DNA from: Tagaea sp.
GTDB taxonomy: Bacteria > Pseudomonadota > Alphaproteobacteria > CACIAM-22H2
NCBI GenBank assembly: GCA_965279525.1
Contig: CBDIIB010000003.1
Location: 96,001-160,000, forward strand
Length of the DNA stretch: 64,000 bases
Direction: 5' to 3'
Below are positions 26,485 to 37,276 of this stretch, piece after piece (positions within the stretch are counted from its first letter, which is position 1; each line of letters begins with the position of its first letter). Below the pieces are notes generated by a model, which searched no databases, had not been told where the DNA came from, and saw only the letters and a program-made list of their open reading frames with translations. Both the position numbers and the translations under genes were made by a program.

Positions 26485-27891
26485 CTAGTCCAACGGCGGG
26501 CGTTGCTTGTACAGGGCGGTTTCATTCTCGAAGACAGAGGCGGCCAGAAGCACGCTCGCTTCGTCCCAATATCGCCCCACAAGCTGCAGTGAAAGCGGCA
26601 AGGCATTGGCCGAAAGGCCGGACATCATGGCCAGAGCCGGGTGACCGGTCACGTTGAACGGGGTCCTTGCCTGACGGGGATACGTCCTCGCAACCGCTTC
26701 CGCATCGTCGATCCGACACGGCGGATCCATCGCGCTCGCGCATAAAAGCAAGTCGACATCCCGAAATACTGCCTCTATTGCAGAGATCATGCGGCCGCGG
26801 CGGCGCTGCGCCTGGACATAGTCTTCGGCGCTCAGGAATGCCCCTGCCAGCAGGCGCTGACGCGTTAGCTTCGCGTAATCTTGGGGCCGCGTCCGTAGCC
26901 ATCGGGAATGCACCGCCCAAGCTTCAGCCTGGAGGATGATCCGATTCACGGCCGAAAATTCATCGAGTGGCGGGAGGGTAACCGTGACCAACTCCGCGCC
27001 GGCTCCGGTGAAGACACGCGCGGCCATTTCCAGCGCCGCCGCCACTTCCGGATCTGCCGGCATATCCCGCTCATGGAAGTGACGGACAAATCCGATGCGC
27101 TTTCCATGAAGCCCGGAGGCCGCCGGCTTCAAACTGTCCGCCAAGCGATCGTCACTGCGTGACCGGCCAGCGGCGGCCAGGGAGTCATGATCCTCCATGG
27201 CCTGAAGGAGAAGTCCGGCGTCGGCAACGCGCCTTGCCATCGGGCCGACATGATCCATCGTGAATGAAAGCGGAAACACACCTTTGCGCGAAATTCGGCC
27301 ATATGTCGGCTTCAGTCCGACAATGCCGCAGGCGCTGGCCGGGTTACGAACCGAGCCAGCCGTATCCGTGCCGAGCGCGCCGGGAAACAGGCCGGCCGCG
27401 AGACCCACGCCCGATCCCGACGACGAGCCGCCGGTGCTATGATCGAGATGCCACGGGTTTCGTGCCGGTGGAAACGGCAGATCGAAGCTGGGCCCTCCCA
27501 ATGCGAACTCATAGGTCGCAACCTTCCCCAGAATGACAGCTCCCGCGTGCCGCAGTTGAGCAATCGAAGTCGCATCGGAGTCAGGGACATTGCCTGCAAG
27601 TATTTTCGACTGACAAGTGGTCGGAAGCCCACCGACGTCGATCACATCCTTGATTGCGATCGGAATCCCGTGGAGCGGTCCGAGCGACTTCCCTGACATG
27701 ATCTCCTGCTCGGCCTGCCGCGCGCGGCTGCGGGCAAAGTCGGGATCGAGCGTCACGAAGACATTCAGCTTCCCGTCGAGGCTGCCAATGCGCTTGAGCA
27801 GCGAGTCGACGATCTCGACCGGCGAAACCCTGCGAGCTTTAATCGCCTCGCCAAGTTCCGCTATACCGAGCCAATGCAACTCGTCATTCAC
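26485..27891 (-). CDS. Amidase signature family protein (AtzE/GatA-like)
   Basis: GPLHGIPIAIKD (Lys), GGSSSGS (cis-Ser), GTDTAGSVRNPA (nucleophile Ser), GLKPTYGRIS. Confidence 0.93.
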   Translation of the reverse strand: MNDELHWLGIAELGEAIKARRVSPVEIVDSLLKRIGSLDGKLNVFVTLDPDFARSRARQAEQEIMSGKSLGPLHGIPIAIKDVIDVGGLPTTCQSKILAGNVPDSDATSIAQLRHAGAVILGKVATYEFALGGPSFDLPFPPARNPWHLDHSTGGSSSGSGVGLAAGLFPGALGTDTAGSVRNPASACGIVGLKPTYGRISRKGVFPLSFTMDHVGPMARRVADAGLLLQAMEDHDSLAAAGRSRSDDRLADSLKPAASGLHGKRIGFVRHFHERDMPADPEVAAALEMAARVFTGAGAELVTVTLPPLDEFSAVNRIILQAEAWAVHSRWLRTRPQDYAKLTRQRLLAGAFLSAEDYVQAQRRRGRMISAIEAVFRDVDLLLCASAMDPPCRIDDAEAVARTYPRQARTPFNVTGHPALAMMSGLSANALPLSLQLVGRYWDEASVLLAASVFENETALYKQRPPLD

Positions 27892-28066
27892 CGCTCGGGA
27901 CCCTCATGGGCGGCCAAGGCTCCTCCGTCCACGCAACTTCGTCACGAAGTGCCTGGCGCTGCTTCTCGACCTGCTTTACCGCTACGCGAATGTCGTCAGG
28001 GAACAAATCGAAAGCCAGCCCCAAACCGGCGGCTTCGGCGATCTGGCGGAGCATCTGATCGTTCAC
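27884..28066 (-). CDS. Small protein, possible AtzG/GatC-like amidase partner
   Basis: ~60-aa helical ORF filling the gap between the 2Fe-2S gene and the amidase, overlapping the amidase start and ending in EEPWPPMR. Confidence 0.55.
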   Translation of the reverse strand: MNDQMLRQIAEAAGLGLAFDLFPDDIRVAVKQVEKQRQALRDEVAWTEEPWPPMRVPSGE

Positions 28067-28082
28067 TTCCGATACCCCGCGC

Positions 28083-28571
28083 TCATGCACCGCCGCGCAT
28101 CGATTTGGCCGCATCGAGCGCCGCGTCGACAATACCTTGGTACCCCGTGCAACGGCAGAGATTGCCGGAAATCGCGACGCGGACTTCAGCCTCGGTCGGA
28201 TCAGGATTGTCCTGAAGAAATTCGAGCAGGGTCGTCAACATGCCAGGTGTGCAGAACCCGCACTGCAGCCCGTGATGCTTCCGGAAGGCTTCCTGCAAGG
28301 GATGCAGGTCCATCTCATTCGGCGCAATTCCTTCGACGGTCCGAATTTCGTGTCCGTCGGCCTGAACGGCCAGCATCAGGCAGGATCTGGCCGAGCGATC
28401 GTCAAACAGCACCGTGCATGCGCCGCAGACGCCGTGCTCGCAACCAAGGTGTGTGCCCGTGAGCATGAGCTGATGCCGCAGGAAGTCCGCGAGGGTCAGG
28501 CGCGTGTCCACGCTTACTTCGTGGCGGACGCCGTTCACCGTGACGACGATGTTGCGGGTATCCATGCTCAT
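28083..28571 (-). CDS. Mo-hydroxylase small (2x[2Fe-2S]) subunit, CoxS/CutS family
   Basis: GCEHGVCGACTV..SC, QCGFCTPG, NLCRCTGY. Confidence 0.93.
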   Translation of the reverse strand: MSMDTRNIVVTVNGVRHEVSVDTRLTLADFLRHQLMLTGTHLGCEHGVCGACTVLFDDRSARSCLMLAVQADGHEIRTVEGIAPNEMDLHPLQEAFRKHHGLQCGFCTPGMLTTLLEFLQDNPDPTEAEVRVAISGNLCRCTGYQGIVDAALDAAKSMRGGA

Positions 28572-29443
28572 CGCCCTCCACGGGATTGCAATCTGCTCGA
28601 AGCCTTGGCGAGTGCCCGCCGCGCGAGCGTTTCGGCCAAATGCAGTCGATAAGGGGCAGGTGCGTGGATGTCATCCAACGCTTCGATCGACTTGCAGGCG
28701 CGTGCCGCCTCCTGGAAGACGGCTTCGGTCGGAGGATTGCCAAGCAGGCACTTCTCGGCATCCGGCACCCTGGCTGCAACGGCCGCGACACCACCGACAA
28801 CAAGGCCCGCTCGGTTGATCATGCCGTTTGCATCGACGGTCAGGAGGGCACCTGCCGATGCAATGGCAAAATCGCCGTGCCGGCGCGCGAACTCGAGGAA
28901 TCCGTATCCGTGCCCAACAGGCCAGGGCAGGATCTTTATCGTCGTCAGAATTTCGTCGACTTCCAGCGCAGGCGTCATGAAACCAAGCGCAAAGTCTTGA
29001 AACGTCAGCTCACGGGTACCGCGCCCGCCGGCGATCGTCAGTGTCGCATCGTGAAGTGCCGCCATCGCCGCAAGCTCGGCCGACGGATCGAGATGGCACA
29101 GCGACCCGCCGATGGTACCGCGATTGCGTGTCTGCCGATGGCCGACGTGAAGGATGGCCTCATGCAGAATGGGACAAACTCTGCGAACGATCTCGGAAAA
29201 CTCCAGATCACGCTGACGGGTCATGGCCCCGATGACCAGCGCACCGTTCTCTTCGCGGATGTATGAAAGATCCGAAATGCGATTGATGTCGACGACGTGA
29301 TCCGGCTGCGCATATCGCATGTTCAGCATTGCCATCAGCGACTGGCCGCCTGCGAGAACTTTCGCATTTTCCAGATTGCCAAGAAGCTGGATTGCTTCGG
29401 CTACAGTCGCCGGATCGTAATATTGAAATGGTGCTGCTTTCAT
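28568..29443 (-). CDS. Mo-hydroxylase medium (FAD-binding) subunit, CoxM/CutM family
   Basis: MKAAPFQY, LAGGQSL, RNRGTIGGSLCHLDP.AE, ARRHGDFA. Confidence 0.93.
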   Translation of the reverse strand: MKAAPFQYYDPATVAEAIQLLGNLENAKVLAGGQSLMAMLNMRYAQPDHVVDINRISDLSYIREENGALVIGAMTRQRDLEFSEIVRRVCPILHEAILHVGHRQTRNRGTIGGSLCHLDPSAELAAMAALHDATLTIAGGRGTRELTFQDFALGFMTPALEVDEILTTIKILPWPVGHGYGFLEFARRHGDFAIASAGALLTVDANGMINRAGLVVGGVAAVAARVPDAEKCLLGNPPTEAVFQEAARACKSIEALDDIHAPAPYRLHLAETLARRALAKASSRLQSRGGR

Positions 29444-31794
29444 GACTGGCTGCCAATCGGGCTGTTGCGTCCGTTCGTCAGGATGGCCTTCAGTTTCGCA
29501 GGCGTGATCGGCAGGGACGTGATCGCTCCCGGCATTCCGATGGCGTCGTCGACTGCTGACGCTATTGCTGCGCCAACACCTGTGCAACCGCCTTCTCCAG
29601 CGCCCTTGATGCCGAGCGGATTGAGGGGGCTAGGCGCGTCTTCGGCGATAAGGACTTCGACGTCCGGTACTTCATGCACGGTTGGGATCAGGTACTCGGC
29701 GAAGTTCAGCGAAAGAGGTTGGCCCGTGTCGCTATAGCGGAATTGCTCGTAGAGAGCGCCGCCAAGCCCCTGTGCGACTCCACCGACGATCTGGCCCTCG
29801 ACGATCATCGGATTGACCGCGCGTCCGACATCGCTTGCCACCATGTATCGCTCGACGAAGACCTGACCAGTCGCGGCGTCGACCCGCACTAGTGCCAAGT
29901 GGATACCGTAGGGATACGTCATGTGATCGGCATAGAACCATCCTTCACACGAAAGACCGTTCGTACCCCGAGCGATAGCGTCCGGGCCCGGCGACAATTG
30001 CCGCGAAAGTTGCCCGAGTGAAAGAGTCGGCCCGCTCACGCTGTCTTTCCGGACGACATTGCCGTCGACAATGTCCAGCGAGTCGACTGGTGCCTGCATC
30101 AGCTCGGATGCGTGCTTGAGCGCAAGGTCACGGACATTCAACGCGGCAGCATGCACTGCATTGCCGGTCATCACCGTAGCACGAGAAGCATGCGCGCCGA
30201 TCCCAAACCGAATCCTGTCTGTTTGCCCATGGACGACGCGAATGCGGCGATAGTCGACACCCAGCGCTTCGGCGCAGATCTGCGCCATGGCCGTTTCGAA
30301 GCCCTGCCCGACAGAAGCACCGCCGGTAACCACTTCCACGAAGCCCATTACATCGACGCTGACTGTCGCGCTGTCGGACGGTCCCATGCCGCTCTTCTCG
30401 AGGAAGATCGCAACGCCGGCACCGACCGACTCTCCGCGCGCACGCCGTTCGGCAAGAGATTTTTGCACGTCGTCCCAGCCAAATCGCTCGAGAGAGGTCT
30501 TCAGCAGGCCAGCATAATCACCGGAGTCGAGCACGATGTCGGTGCCCAGTGCACCAAGTTGCCGCGTGTACGGCATCGCCGAGCTCGGTATCAGGTTGCG
30601 CCTGCGAACCTCTATCCGATCGAGACCGAGCTTTGCAGCAATGGCGTCGACAAGACGTTCCCGGACGAACGAACCTTCGTAGCGGCCCGGCGAGCGATAG
30701 GTTGCCGCCGGGGTCTTGTTCGTCAGGCGGAAATGACCGGCGCATTGATACACGGGCACATGATAAGGCCCCGGAAGCATGCCGATCGTCAGATCGGCGA
30801 CACGCGCGCCATGGGTTCGCACGTACGCGCCTTGATCGTGAAAGAACACGTCGTTCAGGGCGAGAATGCGTCCCTCGGAGTCGACTGCCGCACGAACCCG
30901 ATGGTGCTGCTCGCGCGACTGGTTCGTCGCCATGAGGTGCTCTCGGCGATCTTCGATCCACTTGACTGGTTGCCCGAGCGCCAGGCTCGCCGCGCAAACA
31001 AGGAAGTCCTCCGGGTACAGCTCGCCTCGAACGCCAAAGCCGCCGCCGACATGCAATTCGTAGAGTTGCACCGATGCCGAGCTACGTTGGAAGTAGCGCG
31101 CCATCGTTTCGCGGTTGCGAAGCGGTACCTTGGCGGCGCCCCACAGTTCGAGCACGTCTTGGGCCGCATCGTATCTTCCGATGGCTCCGCGACATTCCAT
31201 CGGCACACCGGAGTGCCGTCCGATCGATAGCTCCAGTTCCACGACACAGTGGGCATTTGAGAATGCATTTGCTATGTCGCCAAATCCTTGGCGCAGCACG
31301 ATCGGCTCTGTCGAAATGCCAGGAGCGAAGCTGCCACTTTCAGACCGGGCGTCCATATGCGGCGGAAGATCTTCGATCTCTGCCACAACCAGGTCGGCAG
31401 CGTCCTCTGCCTGATATGCAGTCTCGGCGAATATCGCTGCGATCGGCTCGCCGACATAGCGTACCCGATCTTTGGCAAGCAGTGGCTGACGGTAGGGCTT
31501 CAGGGCCTCCGCCGCCGGGTCACGGAAATCGATCAGCGGGTATGAAGCGATATCCGAATGCGTCCATACTGCGACCACACCCGGTGCCTTAAGCGCCTCG
31601 TCGATGTCGATCTGGGTGATCGTGCCATGCGCAATAGGCGACCGGACCACGCGCATGTGAAGTTGATGTGGAAACGAAAGGTCGGCAACAAAGCGCCCTT
31701 GACCTTTTACAAGCGGAAGGTCCTCAAGCCGAGTTACCCGCTTGCCGAAGACTTTCGTCTCATTTCGTTGAATGGGAGCGGTGTGGCCGGTCAT
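29440..31794 (-). CDS. Xanthine dehydrogenase family molybdopterin-binding large subunit (L1)
   Basis: RLED..LVKGQGRFV.D, VGGGFGVR, loop TYRSPGR, GQGFET, EGQIVGG, KGAGEGG. Confidence 0.93.
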   Translation of the reverse strand: MTGHTAPIQRNETKVFGKRVTRLEDLPLVKGQGRFVADLSFPHQLHMRVVRSPIAHGTITQIDIDEALKAPGVVAVWTHSDIASYPLIDFRDPAAEALKPYRQPLLAKDRVRYVGEPIAAIFAETAYQAEDAADLVVAEIEDLPPHMDARSESGSFAPGISTEPIVLRQGFGDIANAFSNAHCVVELELSIGRHSGVPMECRGAIGRYDAAQDVLELWGAAKVPLRNRETMARYFQRSSASVQLYELHVGGGFGVRGELYPEDFLVCAASLALGQPVKWIEDRREHLMATNQSREQHHRVRAAVDSEGRILALNDVFFHDQGAYVRTHGARVADLTIGMLPGPYHVPVYQCAGHFRLTNKTPAATYRSPGRYEGSFVRERLVDAIAAKLGLDRIEVRRRNLIPSSAMPYTRQLGALGTDIVLDSGDYAGLLKTSLERFGWDDVQKSLAERRARGESVGAGVAIFLEKSGMGPSDSATVSVDVMGFVEVVTGGASVGQGFETAMAQICAEALGVDYRRIRVVHGQTDRIRFGIGAHASRATVMTGNAVHAAALNVRDLALKHASELMQAPVDSLDIVDGNVVRKDSVSGPTLSLGQLSRQLSPGPDAIARGTNGLSCEGWFYADHMTYPYGIHLALVRVDAATGQVFVERYMVASDVGRAVNPMIVEGQIVGGVAQGLGGALYEQFRYSDTGQPLSLNFAEYLIPTVHEVPDVEVLIAEDAPSPLNPLGIKGAGEGGCTGVGAAIASAVDDAIGMPGAITSLPITPAKLKAILTNGRNSPIGSQS

Positions 31795-32279
31795 TTGCGC
31801 GCTCCGGCCCGCATTTCTTCGGCCGCAGCTTTGACGGCAGCCAGGATGTTCTTGTATCCCGTGCAGCGGCAAAGGTTCGACGACAGGAAATCAGCCAATT
31901 CTTCATCGCTCGGATCCGGGTTTTTCCCGAGCTCCGCAGCAGCAAGCATCAGGAAGCCGGGCGTGCAGAATCCGCATTGAAGGGCATGATGCTCGATGAA
32001 TGCCTTCTGGAGCGGATGGAGTTCTGTACCTGTCGCCAGGCCCTCGACGGTAACGATTTTCGACCCTTGAGCCTGGACTGCGAACATCAGGCAGGAGCGT
32101 ACAGGTTGCCCATCCATGCTGACCGTACATGTCCCACAAACGCCGTGCTCGCATCCAAGATGGGTGCCGGTCAGCCCGCACTCCTCGCGGAGCGCGTCGG
32201 CGAGGGTTCGCCTGGGCTCCACCTTGATCCGGTACTCGCGGGCATTGACCGAAAGCGTCACATCAATCGCGTCTGTCAT
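31791..32279 (-). CDS. Mo-hydroxylase small (2x[2Fe-2S]) subunit
   Basis: GCEHGVCGTCTV, QCGFCTPG, NLCRCTGY. Confidence 0.93.
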   Translation of the reverse strand: MTDAIDVTLSVNAREYRIKVEPRRTLADALREECGLTGTHLGCEHGVCGTCTVSMDGQPVRSCLMFAVQAQGSKIVTVEGLATGTELHPLQKAFIEHHALQCGFCTPGFLMLAAAELGKNPDPSDEELADFLSSNLCRCTGYKNILAAVKAAAEEMRAGARK

Positions 32280-33136
32280 GTGATGCTGCCTTCCAAAGCG
32301 CGCTGGACCACGGCTTGCGCCAGCTCACGGCGGTACGGGCCGGGAAATTCTTCGTCATCGAGCGGCTCGACCGCATTCTGGGTTGCGACAGCGGTCTGTC
32401 GGAACAGATCGGCTCCGACTTTACCGGACCCGAGTACGGCTTCCGCTGCGGCGATACGTCTTGGAAAAGCTTCGACACCGCCGACGCCGATCCGCGGATC
32501 CAGGGCCTGTCCGCTCGAAAGTCGGTAAAGCACGAGGGATGCTGCCATTGCAAAGTCACCCTTGCGACGGCTTACTTCGTAAAAACCGAATCTCGTATCA
32601 TCGGTAAGAAGGGGTATGCGAACCTTCGCGATGATTTCATCTTCGGCCAGATTGTTGGCCATGATGCCCGTATAGAAGTCCTGCGCCGGAATGATCCGCT
32701 CGCCGCGTACGCTCACAAGCACGACTTCTGCGCCGACAGTCGTCGAAACAAGACACCATTCAGAGGCGGGATCCGAGTTGGCAATACTGCCGCAAAACGT
32801 GCCCCGCGAGCGAATGGGCGCATGGGCGATGTTGCGTACAACTGCCGAGAGAAGGCGGCCAAGTTGGCCGCTGCCCGGAAGCGGCTGCTCCAGCGAATTG
32901 TGACGTACCGTCGCGCCGATCGACAGTGCGCCATTCTCGATCGAGATTTTCCCGAACTCCGGAATCCTGTTGATATCGATAACGTGCCGGGGGCGCGCCA
33001 AACGAAACGCCATCATCGGAACGAGCGTCTGGCCGCCCGCCATTATCCGCCCGTCGTCGGGCGCCAATGTCGAAATCAGGTTGACCGCTTCGCTCAGGCT
33101 CGTCGGTGCGTGATATGTGAATGGCGCTGGTTTCAT
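32276..33136 (-). CDS. Mo-hydroxylase medium (FAD-binding) subunit
   Basis: MKPAPFTY, AGGQTLVP, IRSRGTFCGSIANSDPASE, RRKGDFA. Confidence 0.93.
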   Translation of the reverse strand: MKPAPFTYHAPTSLSEAVNLISTLAPDDGRIMAGGQTLVPMMAFRLARPRHVIDINRIPEFGKISIENGALSIGATVRHNSLEQPLPGSGQLGRLLSAVVRNIAHAPIRSRGTFCGSIANSDPASEWCLVSTTVGAEVVLVSVRGERIIPAQDFYTGIMANNLAEDEIIAKVRIPLLTDDTRFGFYEVSRRKGDFAMAASLVLYRLSSGQALDPRIGVGGVEAFPRRIAAAEAVLGSGKVGADLFRQTAVATQNAVEPLDDEEFPGPYRRELAQAVVQRALEGSIT

Positions 33137-33191
33137 GTCTAGCCGACATTCCCTAAACCAGTACTCTGCGACGAAATCTCGCTCGGAGCAA

Positions 33192-34193
33192 TCATGCGAG
33201 GACTCTCGTCAGCGACAAGTCGTCCCGAATGCACGCCGTGTAGTGATCCTCTCCAACTTTCCGCAACGTCGGAACGATCTGCGCGCACTCGGGGCGCACA
33301 TAGCTGCACCGTGTGCGGAACACGCAGCCACTCGGCGGATTTGCCGCACTCGGAATCTCGCCTGTCGGGAAAATCTTGCGTTGATAGCCGGGTTCAGGCT
33401 GCGGAACGGCCGAGATCAGCATTTCCGTATAGGGATGCTTGTAATTGCTGCAAACTTCCGTGCTCGGACCAATTTCCATGACTCGCCCGAGATAAAGGAC
33501 AGCAATCCGGTCGGAGATGTACTCCATTGCCGCAAGATCGTGGGAAATGAAGAGCATCGACAGTCCCAGCCGCCCCTTCAGTTCGATCAGCAATGCAATG
33601 ATCTGGGCTTGGATCGACACGTCGAGCGCGGATACGGGCTCGTCGGCAACGATGAATTCAGGATTCACGGCAAGCGCACGCGCGATGACAATCCGCTGCC
33701 GCTGGCCGCCAGACATCTGGCCGGGCCGACGCTTCAAGTAGTCACTCGAAAGCGAGACGCTGTCGAGCAGCTCAACTGCCCTGTCTCGCCGTTCTACCGC
33801 GCTTCGGCCGATACCCTGGACAATCAGTGGCTCGCTCAGAACCTCTTCGATCGTCATCTGCGGATTGAGAGCCGCCAACGGATCCTGGAAAATGATCTGC
33901 ATACGCCTTCTGAACTGGCGCAGATCGGACGATTTGAGTGCAGTCACGTCGACGCCGTCGAACACGATGCGGCCGGCGCTTGGCTCGACGAGGCGAAGAA
34001 CGGAGCGGCCGATCGTGGTCTTGCCGGATCCTGACTCACCCGCCAGCCCCAGAACTTCATGCGATCTAACCGTGAATGACACGTCATCGACGGCCTTGAC
34101 CTGGCCGATCTTGCGCCCGAAGACGCCACGGGTGATGTCAAACCACTTCCGGAGACCTTCGACACGCAGGAGAGGCGGCGTCTCTGAAGTCAT
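33192..34193 (-). CDS. ABC ATP-binding protein, DppF/OppF family
   Basis: [36 protein letters not shown]. Confidence 0.93.
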   Translation of the reverse strand: MTSETPPLLRVEGLRKWFDITRGVFGRKIGQVKAVDDVSFTVRSHEVLGLAGESGSGKTTIGRSVLRLVEPSAGRIVFDGVDVTALKSSDLRQFRRRMQIIFQDPLAALNPQMTIEEVLSEPLIVQGIGRSAVERRDRAVELLDSVSLSSDYLKRRPGQMSGGQRQRIVIARALAVNPEFIVADEPVSALDVSIQAQIIALLIELKGRLGLSMLFISHDLAAMEYISDRIAVLYLGRVMEIGPSTEVCSNYKHPYTEMLISAVPQPEPGYQRKIFPTGEIPSAANPPSGCVFRTRCSYVRPECAQIVPTLRKVGEDHYTACIRDDLSLTRVLA

Positions 34194-35200
34194 TGAGCTG
34201 CCCTCGCGATGTCTTGCCAACGTACACAACGCACTTGATGCCCCTGCTCGATAGCTTCCAGCTCCGGAACCGAGGTGTCGCACACACCACCGACAAACTG
34301 GCTGCACCGGGGATGGAACTTGCAGCCACTTGGCAGTGCGAGCGGGCTTGGAAGGCTCCCGGGAATCGGTTCGATCGGTGTCCCAAGCGACTTCTTGCGG
34401 CCGAGACGCGGAAGAGATTTCAGCAAGCCAGACGTGTAGGGCATCCGCGGGCGCGTGAACAATTCGTTGACCGTACCCGACTCGACGACTTCGCCTGCGT
34501 ACATGACGATGGCGCGGTCTGCGATCTCCGCGACGAGGCCGAGATTGTGGGTAATGAACAGGATTGCCATGCCAGTCTGCTTCTGGATGCGCTTCAGATG
34601 TTCGACAATCTGTGCCTGGATGGTGACATCCAGCGCGGTTGTCGGTTCATCGGCTATCAGCAGTGACGGTCGACTCGCCAGAGCCATGGCAATCATGACG
34701 CGCTGACGCATCCCGCCAGAAAGCCGATGCTGGAAGGTGCTCATGCACTTTTCCGGGTCCGGCATTCCGACGGCTTCGAGCGCCTTTATCGAGGCCGCAT
34801 GCGCTTCCCGATAGGAAAGACGTTGGTGCACGCGAGCGGCTTCGCACATCTGCGTGCCGATCGTGAATACCGGATCGAGCGAAGACATAGGTTCCTGGAA
34901 GATCATCGCGACTTCGTTGCCGCGGACCTTGCGTATCTCCGCCGCGTTCAGTGCCAGCAAGTCGGCCTGCGTGCCGTCCTTCCGCTTCAAGTGAATGCTT
35001 CCGGAGATCGTCGCAGTTGGAATGAGCTGCATTGTCGCCAGCCCGGTTGTGGACTTGCCCGAACCCGACTCACCGACCAAAGCGACGATCTCGCCCGGAT
35101 TTATCTGAAAACTCACATTCCGGACGGCATGAATCGCACCTTGTGGCGATTGGAACGACACCGAAATGTCGTCGACTTCCAGTAGAGCATTCCGGCCCAT
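34190..35200 (-). CDS. ABC ATP-binding protein, DppD/OppD family
   Basis: [35 protein letters not shown]. Confidence 0.93.
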   Translation of the reverse strand: MGRNALLEVDDISVSFQSPQGAIHAVRNVSFQINPGEIVALVGESGSGKSTTGLATMQLIPTATISGSIHLKRKDGTQADLLALNAAEIRKVRGNEVAMIFQEPMSSLDPVFTIGTQMCEAARVHQRLSYREAHAASIKALEAVGMPDPEKCMSTFQHRLSGGMRQRVMIAMALASRPSLLIADEPTTALDVTIQAQIVEHLKRIQKQTGMAILFITHNLGLVAEIADRAIVMYAGEVVESGTVNELFTRPRMPYTSGLLKSLPRLGRKKSLGTPIEPIPGSLPSPLALPSGCKFHPRCSQFVGGVCDTSVPELEAIEQGHQVRCVRWQDIARAAQ

Positions 35201-35203
35201 CCA

Positions 35204-35986
35204 CTATTCCTCTCGATAGCCCAGCATGTAGAAGCCGAAAATAGTGAACGCGACGGCGAATCCGGGCGCCAAGCTCATAAATGGATTGATGGTCAGGTAG
35301 TCGACGCCGCTACGCACCATTCCACCCCAGTCGGCGGTCGGCGGCGGCACGCCCAGGCCAAGAAAGCTGAGGCTTGACGACGTGAAGATCGAGAACGCCA
35401 CGACGGTCGCAAGCTGTACCGCCACCAGGCGGAAGATGTTTGGCCAGATATGGCGAACGATGATCCATGCCGTTCCGCCGCCCACAGCGCGCGCCGCCTC
35501 GACGTATACCGATTCACGAATTGCGAATGTCTGACCTCGGGCCAGGCGCGCCACGCCGGGCCAGGCGACAAAGCCGAGCACCAAGATGATGTTGAGCATC
35601 GTTGCTCCCGTCATCGCGATGATGATGAGAGCAAGCACGAGACCGGGAAGTGCGATGAACAGATTGATGAACTGCATCGCGACCAGATCGATGGTTCGCC
35701 CGAGATATCCGGCAGCCAAGCCGATGGGAACGCCGATCAGTCCCGCGACGATTGCCGATCCGACGCCGATCAGAAGGGATACTCTCGCCCCGTAGAGAAC
35801 TCGGCTGAAGATGTCCCGCCCAAGCTGATCGGTTCCGAGCCAGTGCTGGGTCGAAGGAGTCTCGAAAAGGCGAACGCTTGTCGAGGACGGATCGATCGGC
35901 GCGATCCATGGCGCGGCGATCGCCATTACAGCCACAAATGAAACGATCGACAGTCCAATCAGCGCGTTGCGGTTCTGCATTGTCAA
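35204..35986 (-). CDS. ABC permease, DppC/OppC family
   Basis: HWLGTDQLGRDIFSRVLYGARVSL, YVEAARAVG, SLSFLGLG. Confidence 0.92.
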   Translation of the reverse strand: MTMQNRNALIGLSIVSFVAVMAIAAPWIAPIDPSSTSVRLFETPSTQHWLGTDQLGRDIFSRVLYGARVSLLIGVGSAIVAGLIGVPIGLAAGYLGRTIDLVAMQFINLFIALPGLVLALIIIAMTGATMLNIILVLGFVAWPGVARLARGQTFAIRESVYVEAARAVGGGTAWIIVRHIWPNIFRLVAVQLATVVAFSIFTSSSLSFLGLGVPPPTADWGGMVRSGVDYLTINPFMSLAPGFAVAFTIFGFYMLGYREE

Positions 35987-36921
35987 TCGAGCCTGATCTG
36001 GGGATTCGCGGCGACATAGAGCAAGTCAGCCAAAAGGTTCAGTATGACGACGCTTATGATCGTGATCATGCCGATCGCGAGAAAGACGGGGAAATCGCGC
36101 GACAGCAGAGCACTTGTAAAGAGAGTGCCGACGCCGGGGATCGAGAACACCGTCTCGGCAACGAGCGCGCCTGCGGCGAGCTGGCCAAGACTGCTTCCGA
36201 CTTGCGTGATTACCGGCAGGATGGAATTCGGCAGAATGTGTTTGAAAGAAACGGCACTCTCGGAAAGCCCCTTTGCACGCGCCACCTGGATGTAGAGGCG
36301 GCGGGACGTTGCCCGATATTCGGCGCGGTAAACGAGTCCAAACGAAGCGAAGTAGTAAGCGGCAACAGTCAACACCGGCAGGATGAGATGGAGCAGATGT
36401 TCGCCGATGCCCGCTGACCAGGGCGCCCACCCAGACGTGGGAAGAATGCCCAGTACGACCGAGAAGATGTAAGTAAGAGTGATTCCGAGCATGAAGTTCG
36501 GAACCGTGATTCCGATTAGACTAAGTATGTTCACGAGAGGTCGGACGACCGTGCTCCCGACCGTGATGCTGCTGAAGACAACAGAGGTTGTCACTGCAAC
36601 CACCATGCCCAGTAAAGCAAGCTCGATGCTGGGCAGGAATCGCGGCAAGAGTGCGTCGACGACGCGCTGGTTCGTCGCATAGGACCGGCCGAAGTCGCCG
36701 TGCAGAGCTTTCCACATCCAGTCGAAGTACTGCACGTATAGCGGGCGATCGAAGCCGTACTGGCGCTCGAGCTCTAGTATCCGCTCGGGCGTAGCATCGA
36801 GACCCAGCATGAGTGTCGCCGGGCTTCCCAAGGCCCCCAGAATCGCAAAAAACAGCAACATGGAAATCAGAATGATGTTTGGGATGCCAAGCAATAGGCG
36901 CCGGACAATCAAGCTAAGCAT
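35983..36921 (-). CDS. ABC permease, DppB/OppB family
   Basis: GFDRPLYVQY..W....LHGDFGRS, ARAKGLSE..KHILPN, DLLYVAANPQIR. Confidence 0.92.
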   Translation of the reverse strand: MLSLIVRRLLLGIPNIILISMLLFFAILGALGSPATLMLGLDATPERILELERQYGFDRPLYVQYFDWMWKALHGDFGRSYATNQRVVDALLPRFLPSIELALLGMVVAVTTSVVFSSITVGSTVVRPLVNILSLIGITVPNFMLGITLTYIFSVVLGILPTSGWAPWSAGIGEHLLHLILPVLTVAAYYFASFGLVYRAEYRATSRRLYIQVARAKGLSESAVSFKHILPNSILPVITQVGSSLGQLAAGALVAETVFSIPGVGTLFTSALLSRDFPVFLAIGMITIISVVILNLLADLLYVAANPQIRLD

Positions 36922-37173
36922 TGACCAAATTCCGAAATGGCTGGGGTTGTGAGGGACGGAAGCGTGCTCGTGAGCCTTGCCTTGCCGATGCGCCTATCTC
37001 GGTAAATTCCAGTTGTGCGGAGCAACCCGGGTGCGGCGCCATACGCCGCCTCGAAAAGGCTCACCGCCGAGTGTGTCCCAAATTGTTTCAGAGGTCAGCC
37101 CTCGGAGAGTTCAGAACTTCATCTAATGTCCAATTTTCAATATCAGCGGGCAATAAATGTGTCAATTGCCAAC

Positions 37174-37191
37174 TGTACCGAAATTGGAATT
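37174..37191. promoter_or_regulatory. Island operator motif copy (TGTACC-GAAATT-GGAATT)
   Basis: In the ABC/coxG divergent region. An extra half-site TGTCCAATTTT lies at 37127-37137. Confidence 0.6.
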
Positions 37192-37276
37192 GGTGCTAAT
37201 TTTGAGCATCCGCTGTGGTCGATCAAGTACTCCGTCGTGCCCTCGCGTCGGGAGCCAAAGGAGCAGAGTAAAAGCT

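Noticed and set aside
26485-28066. gatA/gatC of Glu-tRNA amidotransferase
   Set aside because: No gatB is present and the context is catabolic; a generic amidase call fits better.
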